Assembly: GCA_040508545.1 (NCBI GenBank)
Contig: JBEVMR010000098.1
Span: forward strand, 2,885-66,884
Source of the DNA: Solirubrobacterales bacterium
GTDB taxonomy: Bacteria > Actinomycetota > Thermoleophilia > Solirubrobacterales > 70-9
Direction of reading: 5' to 3'
Length of the DNA stretch: 64,000 nucleotides
The position numbers were made by a program, and so were the translations under genes. The notes beneath the pieces are model-generated. The model was given only the letters and a program-made list of their open reading frames with translations, had not been told where the DNA came from and searched no databases. Of the stretch, positions 61,518 to 64,000 are shown in pieces. How positions within the stretch are numbered: the stretch's first letter is position 1; the number at the start of each line of letters is the position of its first letter.

Positions 61518-62801
61518 TCAGCCGTGCAGCGCTTCGAGCCGCTCGAAGATCGTCGGCACGTGGCCTAGGTAGGCGTCGTAGTCGAAGACAGCATCGAGGT
61601 CGAGCTCGGGGGCGGCCTCGGCGAGCAGCTCGCGGAAGTGGGTGCCGGTGTCCCAGGCGCGCTGGGCGTTCTCCTGGACGACGCGGTAGGCGTCGTCGCG
61701 GCTGAGGCCGGACTCGACCAGAGCGGTCAGGGCGCGCTGGCTGAAGAGGGCGCCGTGGGTCAGCTCGAGGTTCTCCTTCATCCGCTCGGTGCGGATCGTC
61801 ATCTCCGCCGCGACCTTTGCCGCCAGGTCCTGCATGTAGTCGAGGCCGATCGTCGCGTCGGGCAGGATCACCCGCTCGGCGCCGGAGTGGGAGATGTCGC
61901 GCTCGTGCCAGAGGGCAACGTTCTCGAGGCCGGTCTGCGCGTAGCCGCGCAGCACCCGGGCCAGGCCGGTGATCCGCTCGGTGCGGATCGGGTTGCGCTT
62001 GTGCGGCATCGCCGAGGATCCCTTCTGGCCGGCGCCGAACGGCTCTTCTACCTCGCGCACCTCGGTGCGCTGCAGGTTGCGCACCTCGGTCGCGAAGCGC
62101 TCGAGGCCGGCGCCGGCGATCGCGATGCGCGAGGTCAGCACGGCGTGGCGGTCGCGCGGCACGACCTGGGTGGCGACGTCCTCGCGCTGCAGCCCCAGCC
62201 GCTCCATCACCCGCGCCTCGACCACGGGCGGCACCGAGGCGTAGGTGCCGACCGCGCCGGAGAGCTTGCCGAAGCGCAGCTGCTCGAAGGCGTCGCTGAG
62301 GCGGGCGAGGTTGCGGTCGGCCTCGAAGGCGAAGCCGGCGAGGCGCAGCCCGAAGGTGGTCGGCTCGGCGTGGACCCCGTGCGTGCGGCCGACGCAGAGC
62401 GTGTCGCGGTGCTCGAGCGCCCGTTCGATCAGGGCGTCGCGGTAGGCGCGCGCCGAGGCGAGGACGATCTCGCCGGCCTGGCCCAGCTGCAGCGCCAGCG
62501 CCGTGTCGAGCACGTCGGAGGAGGTGAGCCCGTAGTGGATCCAGCGGCCGTGCTCGCCGACGGACTGGGCGACGACGTCGACGAAGGCAGCGACGTCGTG
62601 GTCGGTCACCTTCTCCCGCTCGTTGACCGCCTCGACGGTGAAGGCGGCGTTCGCCCGGGCGGCCACGGCCGCCTCGGCCGGGACGACGCCCTCCTCGGCC
62701 CAGGCCTCGGTCGCCGCCAGCTCGACCTCGAGCCAGCACTCGAGCTTGCGCTGCGGGGACCAGACCTCGCCGATCTCCTTGCGCGTGTAGCGGGGGATCA
62801 C
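61518..62801 (-). CDS. purB: Adenylosuccinate lyase
   Basis: 427 aa. [29 protein letters not shown] signature. Confidence 0.95.
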   Translation of the reverse strand: MIPRYTRKEIGEVWSPQRKLECWLEVELAATEAWAEEGVVPAEAAVAARANAAFTVEAVNEREKVTDHDVAAFVDVVAQSVGEHGRWIHYGLTSSDVLDTALALQLGQAGEIVLASARAYRDALIERALEHRDTLCVGRTHGVHAEPTTFGLRLAGFAFEADRNLARLSDAFEQLRFGKLSGAVGTYASVPPVVEARVMERLGLQREDVATQVVPRDRHAVLTSRIAIAGAGLERFATEVRNLQRTEVREVEEPFGAGQKGSSAMPHKRNPIRTERITGLARVLRGYAQTGLENVALWHERDISHSGAERVILPDATIGLDYMQDLAAKVAAEMTIRTERMKENLELTHGALFSQRALTALVESGLSRDDAYRVVQENAQRAWDTGTHFRELLAEAAPELDLDAVFDYDAYLGHVPTIFERLEALHG

Positions 62802-63280
62802 GCGTTGATTATCCGGATGGCGAGCAGGCCGGCGTTCTTCGCCCCGTCGACTGCGACGCAGGCCACCGGCACGCCGGGGGGCATCTGCACCGCCGAGAGC
62901 AGCGCATCGAGGCCGCCGAGGCTCTTGCCGAGGATCGGCACCCCAATCACAGGTAGGTCGGTGTGGGCGGCGGCGACGCCGGGCAGGGCGGCCGACATTC
63001 CCGCACCGGCGATGATCACCCTCAAGCCACGCATGCGGGCGCTGTGGCAGTACTCGCGGACCAGCTCGGGGTCGCGGTGGGCGCTCATCACCCGCACCTC
63101 GTAGCGGATGCCCGCTTCCTGCAGCGCGGTCCCCGCGGGTTGCATCTTGGGCTTGTCGTTTTTCGAGCCCATGATGATCCCGACGTGGGGCTCGTCGACC
63201 TCGATCTCCTCGAATGCCTCCTCCACCTCGGGCATCGTGGTCGGCACGGCCGGCTGCGGCTCCTCTGAGATCTCGCTCAT
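62798..63280 (-). CDS. purE: 5-(carboxyamino)imidazole ribonucleotide mutase (PurE)
   Basis: [32 protein letters not shown] at 63280 gives a ~30-aa acidic N-terminal extension. 4-nt overlap with purB. Confidence 0.9.
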   Translation of the reverse strand: MSEISEEPQPAVPTTMPEVEEAFEEIEVDEPHVGIIMGSKNDKPKMQPAGTALQEAGIRYEVRVMSAHRDPELVREYCHSARMRGLRVIIAGAGMSAALPGVAAAHTDLPVIGVPILGKSLGGLDALLSAVQMPPGVPVACVAVDGAKNAGLLAIRIINA

Positions 63281-63305
63281 CCCTTCCTCTCTCGTTTGCT
63301 TGTCG

Positions 63306-64000
63306 TCAACTGGGTACCCGCTCGACCGCACGGGCGGCGATGTCGGAGCGGATCTGCATGCCGTCGAAGGAGATCCGGCCCGCCGCATCGTACGCACGAT
63401 CGCGCGCCGCGGCGGGCGTCGCGCCCAGCGCCGTCAGGTTGAGCACGCGGCCGCCCGCGGTGACGATCTCGCCACCTCGCTCGGCGGTGCCGGCATGGGT
63501 CACCTCGGCCAGCTCCGCGGCTGCGTCGAGACCGCTGATCACGTCGCCCTTCGAGGAGGACTCCGGATAGCCGGCGGAGGCCAGGACCAAGGTCACCGCC
63601 CAGTCCTCGCCGAACTCGGCCTCGGCGCTGGCCAGGCCGCCCGGCTCGCGTGCCGCCAGGCAGAGGTCAACCAGGTCGGAGCGCAGGCGCGGCAGCACCG
63701 CCTGCGTCTCGGGGTCGCCGAATCGGGTGTTGAACTCGAGCACCTTGGGGCCCTCGGGCCCGACCATCAGGCCGGCGTAGAGGACGCCGTGGAAGGGGAT
63801 GCCGCGGGCTGCCATCGCAGCGACGACGGGCCGGTGCACGGCGTCGACGATCTCCTCGACCTCGACCGGCCCGAAGCCGGGCACGGGCGAGTAGCTGCCC
63901 ATGCCGCCGGTGTTGGGCCCCTCGTCGCCGTCGAAGATCCGCTTGTAATCCTGCGCGGGCGCCAGGGGCACGACGTTCTCGCCGTCGCAGAGCGCGAGCA
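63306..64000 (-). CDS. purD: Phosphoribosylamine-glycine ligase, C-terminal part (5' end lies beyond the window)
   Basis: [42 protein letters not shown]. The reading frame stays open to the window edge. Confidence 0.9.
   Translation of the reverse strand, partial: LALCDGENVVPLAPAQDYKRIFDGDEGPNTGGMGSYSPVPGFGPVEVEEIVDAVHRPVVAAMAARGIPFHGVLYAGLMVGPEGPKVLEFNTRFGDPETQAVLPRLRSDLVDLCLAAREPGGLASAEAEFGEDWAVTLVLASAGYPESSSKGDVISGLDAAAELAEVTHAGTAERGGEIVTAGGRVLNLTALGATPAAARDRAYDAAGRISFDGMQIRSDIAARAVERVPS

Overview
High-GC, densely coding chromosomal segment of actinobacterial type. I judged GC by eye and did not compute it. Many long ORFs in the six-frame track are antisense or out-of-frame GC artefacts, or 5'-over-extended versions of real genes. 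I trimmed or rejected those.

Core content:
- glyA, and lipA-lipB.
- A 2-oxo-acid dehydrogenase operon: lpdA, a DsbA-like gene, E1 alpha, E1 beta, E2.
- thiE facing a TPP riboswitch that precedes thiO and a fused thiS-thiG.
- A fragmented purine block: purH-purN, purF, purL-purQ-purS, purC, purB-purE-purD'.
- A four-gene sugar ABC importer, a DrrAB-type exporter and an MFS/TetR pair.
- Several MarR, TetR, ArsR and HxlR regulators and a cytochrome P450.
- Three tRNAs: Ala-CGC, Ala-UGC and Lys-UUU.

Two tRNA-anchored islands are delimited by direct repeats of tRNA 3' portions. Neither has a recognisable integrase.

Island 1 (5877-13100, tRNA-Ala) holds the most interesting content in the window. 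It carries a translationally coupled operon of three genes:
- a 1392-aa protein fusing a Cas4-like 4-Cys PD-(D/E)xK nuclease to an SF1 (Dna2/Upf1-like) helicase;
- a C5 cytosine methyltransferase;
- a 210-aa protein of unknown function.
I read this as a candidate methylation-linked defence system that I cannot assign to any named type.

Island 2 (30899-39197, tRNA-Lys) is mosaic and decayed. It contains an MFS pseudogene, a tRNA-fMet 3' relic, a pair of secreted-protein genes and regulator/enzyme pairs.

Other signals:
- a REP-like hairpin element with two copies, one forming the 3' end of thiO;
- a 123-nt nested hairpin between the E1 beta and E2 genes;
- an SD-sequestering hairpin ahead of the sugar-binding protein gene;
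- a 48-nt low-GC palindrome inside purQ;
- an internally duplicated winged-helix protein;
- a decayed vapBC pair.

I found no rRNA, CRISPR array, transposase or integrase.
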